From positions 81,282,076 to 81,346,000 of the forward strand of contig OZ296649.1 in the NCBI GenBank assembly GCA_965655095.1: a DNA stretch of 63,925 bases. The letters run 5' to 3'. Source of the DNA: Haplodiscus bocki (taxonomy: Eukaryota). Under the pieces are notes generated by a model. It did no database searches. It was given only the letters and a program-made list of their open reading frames with translations, and was not told where the DNA came from. This document shows, piece by piece, positions 37,611 to 51,293 of this stretch; the first letter of the stretch is position 1, and each line of letters starts with the position of its first letter. Both the position numbers and the translations under genes were made by a program.

Positions 37611-40600
37611 GGCAAAAAAATGTATCTGGAGAACAGATTGAATAAAATGCAATCAGAACTATATCAATTTGTCAAAAAAACCAGGTAAACAGCAACCAAA
37701 AACCATATCAAGTAGCAAGAAAGCATACCAGGTTGCCAGAATTTCTTCCATCTGTACAGAAAACATATGAGATGTTCGAAAAGCCAAACAGGTAGCCAGA
37801 AACTGTCTCAAATGGCCCAAAATCAATTCAGTAGGCAAGAACTTGTATATGAAGACCACATCCAATAAAATGTAGTCAGAACCTATATCAGTTTCTCAAA
37901 AAACATATCACGCGGACAGAAACTATATCAAGTGGCAAGAAAACATTCCAGGTTGCCAGAATTTTTAACATGTGTACAAATGACTAATGAGACGTCCAAA
38001 AACACAAGCAGGTAGCCAAAATTTGTCTCAAATGGCCCAAAATCAAATCAGTTTGCAAAAAATTGTATCTGAAGACCAGATCCAAGAAAATGTAGTCAGA
38101 ACCTATATCAGTTGGTCAAAAAAACATATCAGGTGGACAGAAATTATATCAAGCAGCAAGAAAGCATACCGGGTTGCCAGAAACTACACCAGGTGCCCAG
38201 AGAGCCATTGAAATGTCCAATTTTTAAAGCAGGCAGCCAGGAACCGTCTCATGTGGCCCAAAGCCACATCAGATGGCAAAAAGTCATATCTGGTGACCAG
38301 ATTCAAAAAGAGGTAGTCAAGACTTATATCAATTTTTCCAAAAACATATCAGTTGGACAGAAACCATATCAGAGGGCCAGAAAACACACCAAGTTGCCAG
38401 ACTTTTTACTATGTGTACAGAAAACATATGAGACGTCCGGAAAATCAAGCAGGTAGCCAAAAATTGTCTCAAATGGCCCAAAATCAGACCAGTTGGCAAA
38501 AAATTGTATCTGAAGACCAAATCCAATAAAATGTAGTCACAACTTTTATCAGTTTGTCAAAAAACATATCATGTGGACAGAAATTACACCAAATTGCCAG
38601 AATCTATCCCAGGTGCTCAGAAAACACATGAGGTGCTAGCATGTAGCCAGACACTGTCTGAAGTGGTGCAAAACCATATCAGCCGGCAAGAAATGACATC
38701 TGGTGACCAGATTTAATAAAAGGTAGTCAGACACTATTTCAACTTGTTTAAAATATATCAGGCGGACAGAAACCATATCAGGAGGCCAAAAATTGTCTCA
38801 GGTGGCCCAAAACCATATCAGTTTGCAAAAAATTGTATTTGGTGACCAAAAACAATACAAGGTAGTCTGAACATATATCAGTTTGTCAGAAAACATATCC
38901 GGCGGACAGAAACCATATCAGGTGGCCAGAAGACAAACCAGCTTGCCAGAATCTAAACACTTGCTCAGAAAACATATGCAATGTCCGGAAACAATAACAG
39001 GTGGCCAGAAATTGCCTTAAGTGGCCCGGAATCATAATAGCTGGCAAGAAGTCATATCGGGTGATCGGACTCAATAGAAGGTAGTCATAACCTATATCAG
39101 CCTGTCAAAAAACATATCATTTGGAGGGAAACCTTATCAAGCGGCCAGAAAACATATGAGAAGTCCGAAAACCCAAGCAGGTAGCCGAAACCGTCTCGAA
39201 CGACCCAAAGCCATATCAGCTTGCAGGAACTTGTACCTGGTTACCACATTTAGCAAAAGGTAGTTATAATTTACATCAGGTTGTCAAAAAATATATCTGG
39301 TAGATCGAAACCAGAAACCATATGAGGTGCCTTGAAACCGTCGCAGGTGTCCCAAAACCATATCAGGTGACCAGAAACAAAAAAAGGTAGTCAGAACCTG
39401 AATCAGCTTGCTAAAAAACGTTTCAGGCGGACAGAAACCAAGTGAGGTGGCCAGAACTTGTTTCAAGTGGCCCAAAACCATATCAGCTGGCGAGGAATCA
39501 TAACTTGTGACCGGATATGGAAAAGGTAGTCATACCTTATATCAGCTTGTCAAAAAACATATCATTTGGACAGAAACCTTATCAAACGGCCAGAAAACAC
39601 ACCAGGTTGCCAGAATTTTCTCCATGTGTACAGAAAACATATGAGATGTCCGAAAACCCCAGCATCTGGTCAGGAACCGTCTACAATGGCCCAAAAACAA
39701 ATCAGTTGGCAGAACAATGTATCCGAAGACCAGATCCAATAAAATGTAGTCAGTAGTAGAAGAGTGAGCTGATCAGACGGGGGTAGGGGGGATGGTGTGG
39801 AAGACCCCATGTATTAAGATAGGCTATAGCGAGTCGGGAGGAGCCGAGAGCCGAGAGGGTTCTTCCACCATAGCCGAGAACACTTGGGTGTTTTTGGGTG
39901 ACGTAATACTCGATTCTGATTGGCTGACGAAGTTTAGGGTTTTTCGTGCTCAATTCTTATTAGCTGCCGACAGCTTTTTGGTTTTGGGAACAAACGAGTG
40001 TGTTCGGCAATGACTCAATATAGTGAAAGGCAAATGGCAATGTATTAGTATAGGCTATAGTGTTTTTGTATTGTATAAAGGTAGTTAGTGGGCTGAATGA
40101 CTCAGTTTTGGCACTGTGAGACTTTTGAGGGAAAACTGTTTTGAACAGGTTTTTTTCCATGCAGGCCTGCCCGCGCGGATATTTATTACGGGGCGGGCTA
40201 ATGTTGACGCCTGCCGTTTTTTTACGCCCACGGATACTGTCTTGCATTGTGAAAAGATACTTCTGCAATGTATTCGGATAGGGTATAGTTCGGTAATGTG
40301 TAATGATACGGTATAGTTCGGTTCAATGTATTAAGATAGGGTATAGTTCGGTAATTTGTTATGAAACGGTATAGTTCGGTTCATTGTATTAAGATAGGGT
40401 GTAGTTCGGTAATGTATTATGATAGGGTATAGTTCGGTTCAATGTTTTAGGATAGGGTATAGTTCGGTAATGTTTTAAGATAGGATACAGCTCGGTGCCG
40501 TTGAAAGTTTAACACTTGACTGTAGCAATGCAAAAGAAAAATTGGAGGAAAATATGTAGCAAGTGTTACCAATTACGACGTACCATATATGGCAAATCGG

Positions 40601-41350
40601 CCATAAAAGGAAAGAGCAGCCATTAAAGGAAATACTAACCATAGAGGTAGCTGTCAATCTCTTTCTTTTACGCGTGAGGATACTGATATGACTTAATGCT
40701 ATGTCAAAAATTGTATTTTTGTTTTAAAACGTTAATTAGGGTGTATTATGTTGGACAGAGATACGACAATATGAAATACAAACGAGTGAGTCTCTTACAA
40801 ACTATGCGGTTGATTATGAATTCCATCACTCTCGACTATTCGCTTTGCGTAAAAGTAGGACAGACCTTTTTAAATTTGTTCATAGGTAGCAACAGAGTGA
40901 TTGTTTGTTCGGAATCCTGTATTGTTCGAAGTGATGTTTACCTTTTCGTTCAAAAAATATCAGGTAGCCAGAAAACACATCAAGTTGCCAGAAGCTATCC
41001 CAGGTGCTAAGAAAACACATGAGATGTCTGGAGATCTTAGCAGTTTGCCAGACACTGTCTCAAGTGGCGCAAAACCATATCAGCCGGCAGAAAATGATAT
41101 CTGGTGACCAGGTTGGTTGGAAGGTAGTCAGAAACTATTTCAACTTGTTCAAAAACATATCAGTTGGACAGAAACCTTATCAAGTGGCCAGAAAACACAT
41201 CAGGTTGCCAGAATTTTCTCCATGTGTACAAAAATCATATGAGATGTCCGAAAAACTCCAGCATGTGGTCAGAAACCGTCTAAAATGGCCTACAATGAAG
41301 TCAATTGGCAGAAATTTGTATCTGAAGACTGGATCCAAAAAAATGTAGTC
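37611..41350 (+). repeat. Duplicated satellite segment with a Polinton-end insert (39752-40955)
   Basis: Copy of 26418-30157 at +11193. Confidence 0.92.
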
Positions 41351-42211
41351 AGTATTAGAATAGTGAGCTGATCAAACGGGGGTGGGGGGGTGGTTGTGGA
41401 AGACCCCATGTATTAAGACAAGCTAAAGCGAGTCGACAGGAGCCGAGAGCCGAGAGGGTTCTTCCACCATAGCCGAGAACTCTTGGGTGTTTTCGGGTGA
41501 CGTAATACTAGATTCTGATTGGCTGACGAAGTTTAGGATTTTTCGTGCTCGCTTCTGATTAGCAGCCGACAGCTTTTTGGTTTTGGGCACAAGAAGAGTG
41601 TGTTCGGCAATGACTTAATATAGTGAGGGGCAATTGGCAATGTATTAGTATAGGCTATAGTGTTTTTGTATTGTATAAAGTTAGTTAGTGGGCTGAATGA
41701 CTCATTTTCGGCACTGTGAGATTTTGGCGAAAAAAGTGTTTTGAACAGATTTTTTTTCATGCAGGCCTGCCCGCGCGGATAATATTACGGGGCGGGCTGT
41801 TTATTATGCCTGCGGTTGTTTTTTACGCTTGCGGATACTGTTTTGCAATGTGAAAAATTAGTTCGGCGATGTATTAAGATAGGGTATAGTTCGGTAATGT
41901 AATATGATAGGGTATAGTTCGGTTCAATGTATTAAGATAGGGTATAGTTCGGTAATGTAATAAGATAGGATATAGCTCGGTGACCTTAATAAATTAACAG
42001 GATAACGTCAAAAAAACGTCAAAAGGAAAGAGCAGCCAATAAAGGAAATACTAACCATAAAAGGAGCTGTCAATCACTTTTTTTACGCGTGCGGATACTG
42101 ATATGACTTATTGTTATGTAAAAATTTGTATTAATGTTTTACAAAAATTAATTAGAGTGTATAAAGTTAGACAAATGCACGACATTATGAAATAAAAATT
42201 GAGTGAGTTTC

Positions 42212-43773
42212 TTACAAATTAGGCGGTTGATTATGAATTCCACCACTCTCGACTAATGGCTTTGGTTAAAAGTAGGTCAGGTTTTTCTTAGTTTGTTCAT
42301 AGGCAACAAAAGAGTGATTGTTTGTTCGGAATCTTCTATTGTTCGATGTGACGTTTACCTTTTAGTTTAAAACTCTGCGATACTTTTTCAGTGGTCCGTC
42401 GCTGCTCTGTTCCGGTACGCGTTTGTTGAGACGTTCACTGCTAAATTTAAGTTTTTTAGATGTGACGTCTTAGCAGCAGTATGTCTTACTACATAGACAT
42501 AACATCTTCGTACGTCTGAAGTCTTCTTTCAATAGGCCAAGTTCACTCTTATCATGTTGTTTGTGTTTTACATAAGATGTTCTGGTGAAGAAATTTGCTA
42601 GAGCATCAGCAGTGAAAGTATCGACACAGTCATTTAATCGCAACCTCTGCCATTCAGTCCTAATTTCAGGTCTTATGCAATCTTTCAGTTCTTTCTCGGC
42701 AAGAGCAGGCTACAGCGAATCTGTGTCCATTTCTAACTTTTAGAACTTGTTTACATGATATAATCTGGTGAAGAAGTTGTAGTACAGCTGCACCTTTCGC
42801 AACTTCGCCTATTGAAGGTTGAAAAAGCCGACAATGATTGGCTCTTTGTGTTCAATCTGTCTTTTGGCGAGTTCAACTTCATACAATGAATTGTTCACAC
42901 GATCTAGCTTTTTCACCAATTTACTATACATGGCCGCATGTGTTTTTTCGACAGTGAGGTACTTCGTTACAAAGTGTCAGCTTCGGTCCATAATCTGATA
43001 GCCGTAGGAGCTGTTGTCTAGAAGCTTCATGGTTTCTGCGACGACGCTTGAGTTTGGATTTTCCTCACCTTGCCTTCTTGCGTCTACTGCTAACTGCACA
43101 AAACTGTTGAAGCATTTCTTTGGAGTGTACTCAACAAAATGGTGTGTTTTTCTGCAAACAAGACCCAATTGTAGATAAAATAACAGCAGAGGAGTACCAA
43201 GTGTTCAATTTTGTAATATTAACTTTTTTCTGCTGGATATCAACATTTTTCGAGGTTGAGACATAATCTTTCTTCTTCGGCATAGCTTTTCATCAAGTCT
43301 CCGACATCACTCTTGTTAACTAAGGTGTACTTGAACCTTGGAACTTTGATCTCAAGTTTTCAGTCACTTCAGTATTGCACTGCAAGGTTCCAGAAAACCT
43401 TCCTTTCTTTATCTCTTCTAAAAGTTGTTCAGCTGCAAGTGAACGCCTGTAAGGAAAGTGTTCTCGGATATGCTGTTTGGCAGTTTTGTACAGTCTCCAC
43501 CATTCGCACTCCCACGTATCAAAAATTTTGAAGCCCTTCTCTTGTGTATAGTGTGGTCTCAATGCTTCGAGCTCTCTCTTGCTACCACGTTGAATATCTT
43601 CTTCAGCGTAGTAAGAGTAATTTTTGTGTACTAAGGTTTTGATTGCAGAAATTGTCTTACCTTTCATACTGACAGATTGGTATCTTTCACTAAATTGCGC
43701 AAAGATCCATAAGCAGCACCACCCTGCGTGTCCTTTTCAGCTCCTGACGTTCATATTTTGAAAGGGACCCAGC
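42212..43773 (-). pseudogene. polB: Duplicate of the pPolB C-terminal fragment fused to the integrase N-terminus
   Basis: Copy of 31019-32580 at +11193 (ORFs 42977-43168 and 43320-43667). Confidence 0.9.
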
Positions 43774-44390
43774 TTCTTCTCTCCTTGGTTTTCGCTTTTT
43801 AATTCAGAACCTGAGTTGGAGTTATACCAGCAGCGTCAAGTGAATTAGAGGAAATGTCTGGAACGTCTGCATTTTTACGAACAAGTTGTTGAGCAAAGTC
43901 CGATCGCAAAATTCCAGTTTCTACACCATCCAATATTGAAGCCTACTAATTTGATAGCTTGATACAAGGAAAAGACAAAATTTTGTCGACTAGAGAATCT
44001 GCTTTGGCAAACAGCTTTTTGTTTATTTTGTTTTTGACCGAATCAATTTGCTACGTGGGATTTCGTTCAGCTGGATTTTTTGGAAGCTCCTGCTTTGTAA
44101 CTGTCTGAAAATTCGAATTCTTGTTGTTGTTGTACAGAGAAGCAGAGGTGGAAACAAACTGCTCCACATCAAGACAAGTGGTTAATGACGGGAGGAGTAG
44201 TTATTTATATGAGTTCTAGCCCTTTCTTCGGATGACAGGACGTGCCGTTTTTGCTTCCAGGTAATTTTTTCGAAGAAGCAATCGCATTTCAGTTTGAAAT
44301 TTTGTTACGCGATGTTTTTTGATGCTTTGTAGGTTTCCTTTGAGAAGATTTTCTATACATTCGCAGAGGAGCCTGATAAACTCTTTTGGA

Positions 44391-45119
44391 CTAGGCAGAA
44401 GGAAGAGCCTCTTGCCTTTGTGGGAAAATCATTGGAAAACTTGGAGAGAAAAAAAGTTTTGTTTTGGTCGTCCAATTTTTTGATTGTTTCAACCAATCCG
44501 GAATACAAAACTTTGAGGGAACGGATCCGTTGTTGGTACAAAAATGTAATCGATCGTCTGTTGGGGTCGACAAGTCAATCAACGAATGACCGTAGGATAG
44601 AGACTTTGCGCCTTGAATGCAATCAACTAACCCTGAGCGGAGGCCCAACTGTTCACTAAGCGTGCTGACTTGCATCACGTCATGCGGATACTTGAAGAGA
44701 ACAATGTGCGTGCTTTGGAGCTCAACGTCTCGCCCAAGTTTGCTTTGGTGAAACGAGTTTCGCTGAATGTAAATGGTACTCAGTCCATGATGTCTTCCAG
44801 AAATAGCATTTTCAAAAAATGCTTTTGAATTACAAAGTTCTCCATATGAATCGTCAAAAATTACCAGGTACTTTGCACCGTTGTTTTCTAAGGGTTCTTT
44901 ATATTGAAAGTTTACATCTTGAACAAACTCTAGAAGATGATTTTCTTGCATAACATTGGAAAGTGGCTGCGAGCGTTGATTTAAAAAGCCAATTTTGTCA
45001 ACTTTTGGTTGAAAGGTTCCAATTTTGAGAAAAATGTAAATAAGTTGTGACTTTTCCGTCTCGGACGGACCAACCAACATTATGAAGACGCAAATTTTTG
45101 TAGAAACCAACTTGTTCAT
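44391..45119 (-). pseudogene. Duplicate Polinton packaging ATPase
   Basis: Translation identical to 33198-33926. Confidence 0.92.
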
Positions 45120-45483
45120 AGTGTTGGTGAGGGTAAAATGTATCCAGCTGCTCTACACAAAATTCCCACCCATACAGATGATTCGTTACAAGTTTTTGAA
45201 AGATGAATTCTCCAAAAGGTGCCAAAGATAGTCAACAAAATCACATAAAGTTGGAACCAAGAGGCAATTAAAAAACTGGCAGACTTTTGTCTCAAACAGG
45301 ACTACAATTTTCTCTCTTGATTGTTGTCGTCCAACACATTTGTACTGAAATTAATAGTATCTTCTTGATCAGTCATCTGTCTTTTACCCTCATTATCTAA
45401 TAAATCAATCTTGAATGAAGAATTGATTGATTCTGAAAGATTTAAATTCGTAGATACTGACAATACTTTTCACAATACAAACT

Positions 45484-45936
45484 TCACAATTTTAAACGGT
45501 GCCTTACCCAGTTACCACACATTTTTGCCTTGAGCCCAACACACTGAAGTGTGAACTTTTGTCTGAATGGGTAACTCGAGCAAATCCACATTTCTTTATC
45601 CACGAGATCTTGAATTTTGGGACAGCCATGATCTTCGAAAAATTCTATCTCGTTACCCATTAAATTGTCAAGAACATTGCATTTTTCTGTTCTTTTTGCA
45701 AATTATCCACCCTTTAAATCTCTGGGATGAATGTTGGAAAGCTCACGGTAATCCATACATCCACTGTTCCCCACATTTCCGTGCATTTTTCTTGTACATC
45801 AAAATGCTTGCTTGGTAGGTTTGTATGTTTTTGGAGGAGGAAATGAGTATTCCTAAACTTTGCCATCAATAACAACTCCCAACTCCTTCATAACGTTTGT
45901 ATCTGCCAGCTCAATATCTAGTAGAATGCAAGACGT
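45484..45936 (-). pseudogene. Duplicate DEDD-like ORF
   Basis: Copy of 34291-34743 at +11193. Confidence 0.55.
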
Positions 45937-48643
45937 ACTGCTTCAGAGGCTGACCAATTTGAAAATGGTAGTAGAAAGAGTTTTACGTACAGGAAAAATA
46001 GTAGTCCAGGCACGTGACTAAGTAAACATGAATTTGGTCCTCGTCCATTTTTTAACAGTAGCCTGGACCTTTGCCAGTATGTGTCCGCACTGATCCAGCA
46101 GCATCATGCAGTATTGCATGTAGTCTAAATACTTTGACAAAATTTATGTTCCAAGTATGAGTCACCATAACCAATGCTTCCACCTAAATTAAATTTCTGG
46201 TCGGACTCAAGTCAAAAAATGAAATCCCAACAAGAACACATTTTCAAAAATAGGTTTTTGCAAAAATTATTGTGCTCAAATGACAGTTCTAACCCCGAAT
46301 ACAATCGAAAAGTGCTCATTAGAAAGAGAACATCCATTCTTGATGGAACTTGTTTTACTTACGAACAGTTGTTTTGTCCAGTACAATGCACCGCTTGTGA
46401 AATATGTCAATGTAGCTCAGTAGATAAACCAATTTTTGTCGAGAGCGACTGGTGTTTTGTCAACTTTAGATCAACTTTATTATCTTTGAGGTATAAACTG
46501 TTTCGGTAACGGTACACGACAACTTTCAACTTGTGTGTATCATTCTTGAAGGGTACACATGTTTTTTTCCTACCATTATATATTTTCCATTTCAAGCATT
46601 AGAGATGTTTATTGGAATCAGTCTTTTCAATGTCTGGCAAATGTTGGATTTCAGATACAATTTGTGTTAGTTTCTCGGGAGAAGTTTTTGCAGTTGTAGG
46701 TACAACATGATAAAATCCCAATTTTGATTTCAGCCGAAAAAAGAAGTTTCTATCATCTTCCTTGTTCCAACTCTTCCTGAACCAAGTTCACATGGTCGGT
46801 ACAAGTTAGCTTGTCCAAGGAGTCAGTAGTGTTGTAAGCCTTGGGTGAACAAAACAGAAAACTGGTAGCTGGAAGTAGTGATTCATTTGTTTGGACAAAA
46901 GCTAAAGAGTGATTTTGGAGCTGAAATTCGCTTTTTATATACGCATCTTTTTTGCTGAGTGTCAAGTGACCTTTCCATATAAGGAGGTTTTCTTCTTTTT
47001 GGTCATTGTCACGTGACATTTCCAAATATGGAGCGTCTTTCCCTTTTGGGTAGAATTGTACAAAAAGCATTACTATCTTTTTTTTACTTTAATTAATTTG
47101 TTCAGGAAACGACTCAACAATCAAATGGCAGATGTAATGCTACAAGTGATTCCCAACTCTTACGCAAACTATTCAAAAAAGAGACTTTTCATTTCTGCAA
47201 ATACATACGAAAAATATTTTGTGAGCAAAGAGTACTGCATTGCCCACCACGATGCCAAAATCTGCTTTTTACCTAATTGCAGATATCATATTTTTTTTCT
47301 GTTAAGCAACGTTGAAGAGTTACTAAGGGAGCTGGACCCATTGTGTTTTACATACCAAAACGTGGACTGACTCTATACACCGTTTAAATATCGATTCAAT
47401 GGAAGTTTTGCTGTCAAGAGTGGTAAAGTGTTTTATAATGTGCAGAGGGCAGTTCCTTTGAACCAGCAAAACAGCGGATTGAACATAATGCCCAGCATCG
47501 CGAAAAAGAGACTCTTGAAGAAAAAGTACAAAAAGTTTTTGTTGAGCTCCTTTCAAAAGACCAAAGCGACGCAAACTAGTGGATCAGTGTTTGGAGACAG
47601 AATTGAACAAGTTAAAAAGACTAAGTTTGAATTAGAACTGATAAAAACTGTAGATTGTTTTCTGGACGGTCATGGTATTTATACTAGTAATTTAGTATCT
47701 TTTGAAATAAAATCTTTGTAAACTAACCATTTTCTGGATTCCAAAGATTTTTGTATACATCAATTGGTGGTGCAAATGATATAGTCATCACACCCATCAA
47801 GAACCCAAGTGCCAGAAAGAACGCAATAACTGAAAAGATAGTACCAAACGTGAGACAAACACATGGCACACACTCGCAAAAAATTTTTTTAACCCACGCC
47901 ATCGTGATTGTCCAACATGTTGTTCTTTGATGATAATTCAGCGAGGATATGAAAAGGTGATTTGAAAAGCAGATTTTGAATAAAAACTTTTGCAACTTGT
48001 CAGAATTAAAAACAACAAATTACAACGCGTCAGATTCTGGATTGAAAGAAACACAACGCGTTAGATTTTGAATAAAAAAATTTCCGACATGTCAGTTTTC
48101 GAAAAATTGTTTGCATTCAAAAGTCACGTTTTAGTTCATTTTACTCCGTGAAAACGATATAACTGGCATTTTTCCTGCCTTTTTAAAAAGCATCACTTTG
48201 CATTGAAAATTTCATTACGTGTTAGATTTTGACTTGAAAAAAATGCAAAGCGTCAGATTTTGACTTGAAAAAAATACACGGGTCAGAATTTAAATTTATA
48301 ATTTTTCAATCTTAATTTCTAACCCAGTCCCGTCACAAGTACTTTTCACATCCTTCTTCTCCACATAACCATGTACAGTTACAGCCTACAACATCTTCGT
48401 CAACTAGATATTAGCAATCGCCACCGTAGAAACAACACTTCTTGTACTCGTTTTCGCAAGGATCTTTACTTTTGATTTTGCTATGGTGTCCCTTTTTTTT
48501 CTGTATGGGCTTGATATATGCAGAAAATTGCTGCTACTAATAAAATTATTGATATCGATACTACAACTGCTTTTGTCTCACCTCACACATGTTCGAATAG
48601 TTTTGAAAAAGATTATGATAAAAAGAAACACGTTAATTATAAA

Positions 48644-50400
48644 TTATATTAAAACAAAAACACAGTAACAAAAATATAAACTTTTCAATCGAAATTCTGT
48701 AAAACAATCGGCAACTTTCTCATTTCTTGATCTGAATGGGCAACTTCTCATCATCACAGGGGGTTGGGTTGGTTTTTTGGAGACTGGAGTTATTGGATAA
48801 GGAGGAAAGTTCTCCTTGCCTTGCTCTTTGTCAATCAGAATCGTGTGTCCAGCCAATGAAACCATCTCAGAATTGTTGAAAAATTAAGGGGAAAAAGGTG
48901 TAGCTATGCCTGGACTAAAGACAAAGTCTACATCCGGCTGAGCATATTCCCAGTAGAATTCAACATCTTCCAGATCAGACACTTGATACTCGCTTGTGTC
49001 CATACCTTGTGCGCCTGCACTTCAAAGCACTTCGTCCCTCATTTCCATAGTATCTTCCTGGTTGGGAGTATTTGGAACTCGCTCCAGATGAATATTCGAA
49101 AAGTCTTATCTTTGAGACAACAAGAAGCTCCAAGCTGCTAGAAATTTTTCTTGGGAACTTATTGTTATTTCTTGGACAAGATCGGTTTCAATCAGAGTAA
49201 CTGAATCTGGTCCAAAGTTGAGAGACCAAACAATACCGTCGTTGGAGACTGAGAAAATCATGTATCTGTACTGTAGACTGATAGTGTAGAAATTGAAGAT
49301 GAAGAATTTTTTTTGGTTAGTTGTTTCAACCAATTGGGAGTCGACACGAATGTGCCATAAATGGAAAGAAATTTGCCTTTGTTGACTCGGATTTGGGTGT
49401 GCTGGAATCTGATTGGTGGATGAATTTCCTCAAAAAGCGAGCTGGTTTTTCCTTTCCGTAGTCGCGATTCGTTTTCCCTTTAAAACAATGTGTACCATCG
49501 CAACCAACCAACATTGTTGTCGGTTTTTGGTCCTTAAAAGGAGGATTCAGTACGTGAGAGCAGGTTTTGCACTCTTTAGAGTCGTGGAAACCAGAACTTT
49601 TGTCGGTTGAAAGGTAAACACACTTCTCGTCTGGGTATGTCGGACAATATACATCTCCAATAACATCTTGAAGTGATTTTTCTGCTCCAAAACTAGAAAT
49701 CCCTTGATCAAACTTCATGAAAAACCGAATTTGTTCGTTAGTCAGAAGGAATATTGTGCAGCTTGCACGGAGAGGTGCAGTGCGGACAGGGATAATCGCC
49801 TCTGCCGAGAGGTTGAAAAGTCTTTGTGTGCAGGCAAATTGAACCCGAACACTGTGTATTCGGACAATACACGTCCCCAATGAGATTAATAGTGCTATTA
49901 TGATACCCACAATCAGGGGTGAATGCGGAATACATCGTTATTGCTCTCATTTTTTTCACGCTTGCAACGTAAAATCGGTTCTTGTAGAGATGTTGAATGT
50001 CGCGATAGTTAATAGTTAAGTTTGACAATTTCTGTAGGAATAACTTTATTGCGTTGTAGTTCAAAGTTTTTGATTGAAGAATTGCAAGAATTGTTGTTTC
50101 CAAATCGCAACGTTATATGAATTTGTCTGTTTGGATGTTCAATGATATGGTTATAGTACTTAGCAGAGAGATTTTCTTCTGATTCTGTAGGTCCAATCTC
50201 AATTTTGGGTCGCGGTAAGGGAATTTGTCAACAGTTGCTCGCTTCATCGAAGTTTTGAGAAAATCACAGAGAGTGTCGGTGAAAGAATTGAATTCTCTTT
50301 TGGAGAAGTTCACTTCTTTTTGGAAGTTATAACGCTGTGATGTCTCCAAAACTCAAAAATGGAACAACTTGAATGAAAAAGTTCTATTGTTGCAGCCTTT
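48644..50400 (-). pseudogene. Decayed Polinton accessory ORF(s) of unknown function
   Basis: Chain of overlapping minus-strand ORFs (48644-48865, 49106-49333, 49326-49910, 49738-50103, 50113-50349) that suggests frameshifted genes. Contains a duplicated IGDVYCP motif. Confidence 0.45.
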
Positions 50401-51293
50401 GCTAACACGTACTATCCGATGCCTGGACTAGGATATATCGGAATTGTTGTAGTAAAATGAATATCTACGTCAGTTTAATCGGGAATCTCCTGTGGTTTTC
50501 CTTCGTGGACAGAATAAAAATTGCACAAACTGGGAATTTGCTTCTTGTCAATTTTCCATTACTTTGTCAGTAACTTTTGCAGAATGATTTTTTTGACCGT
50601 TAACACAATGTGGATTTCAAGTTTCAACGATAGTCACAAGTTTAACCAACCAAGTTTAAATAATTGTGTTCACATTTATAGATATGAAACCATGGTTTAG
50701 TGGTTAAAAGCTTTGAATTGTTCACAAGGTCATTACGAGGACTTACGTTGATAATTCCGTGAATCGGAAGCTTTCAACCTCTACAATACACATTCTCCTC
50801 AATATTCAACATTTGTTCCTTATATGGAAGTCTTTTTGATTGGTAGTTGAGTCCGAAAAAAAGAAGACAAACAAATTATTTTTCTCAGCCCATCAGTCGC
50901 CTCATCAGGATTTTTGTTCCACTTGATTGATTTTCTCAGACACGCTGTCTGAGGATAATAATCCACTTGATCATTTTCCTCAGACAGTCTGTCACCTTTT
51001 TGGGGAACTTGCTCGTCCTGAAAAGACTTCCAGAGACAAGCTGTGAAACCCTTTTAAAAATTTTTTTAAGTTTATACAGTCAGTATTCAAAATGAAATAC
51101 AGTGATTGACAGCCCCTGCGGCCTTGCTTTTTGTGGTCAGTCTTTCCTTTTATGGTCTATCCGTAAATGATGAAAATGATTTGAGTAACACTTGCCGCAT
51201 GTTTTTCGCCATTAATTTTCTTGCATTGATACTGTGAAGTTTCTGAAATCTTTACATTCAATTCAAACTAATCTGTTAATACATTTCACTGAC

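Larger units (their letters stand above)
26418..48803 (+). repeat. 11,193-bp head-to-tail segmental duplication (26418-37610 / 37611-48803)
   Basis: All ORFs recur at +11193. Junction ...ggataagga|GG|caaaaaaatgtatc with 2-bp GG microhomology. Only about a dozen substitutions seen by eye. Confidence 0.95.
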
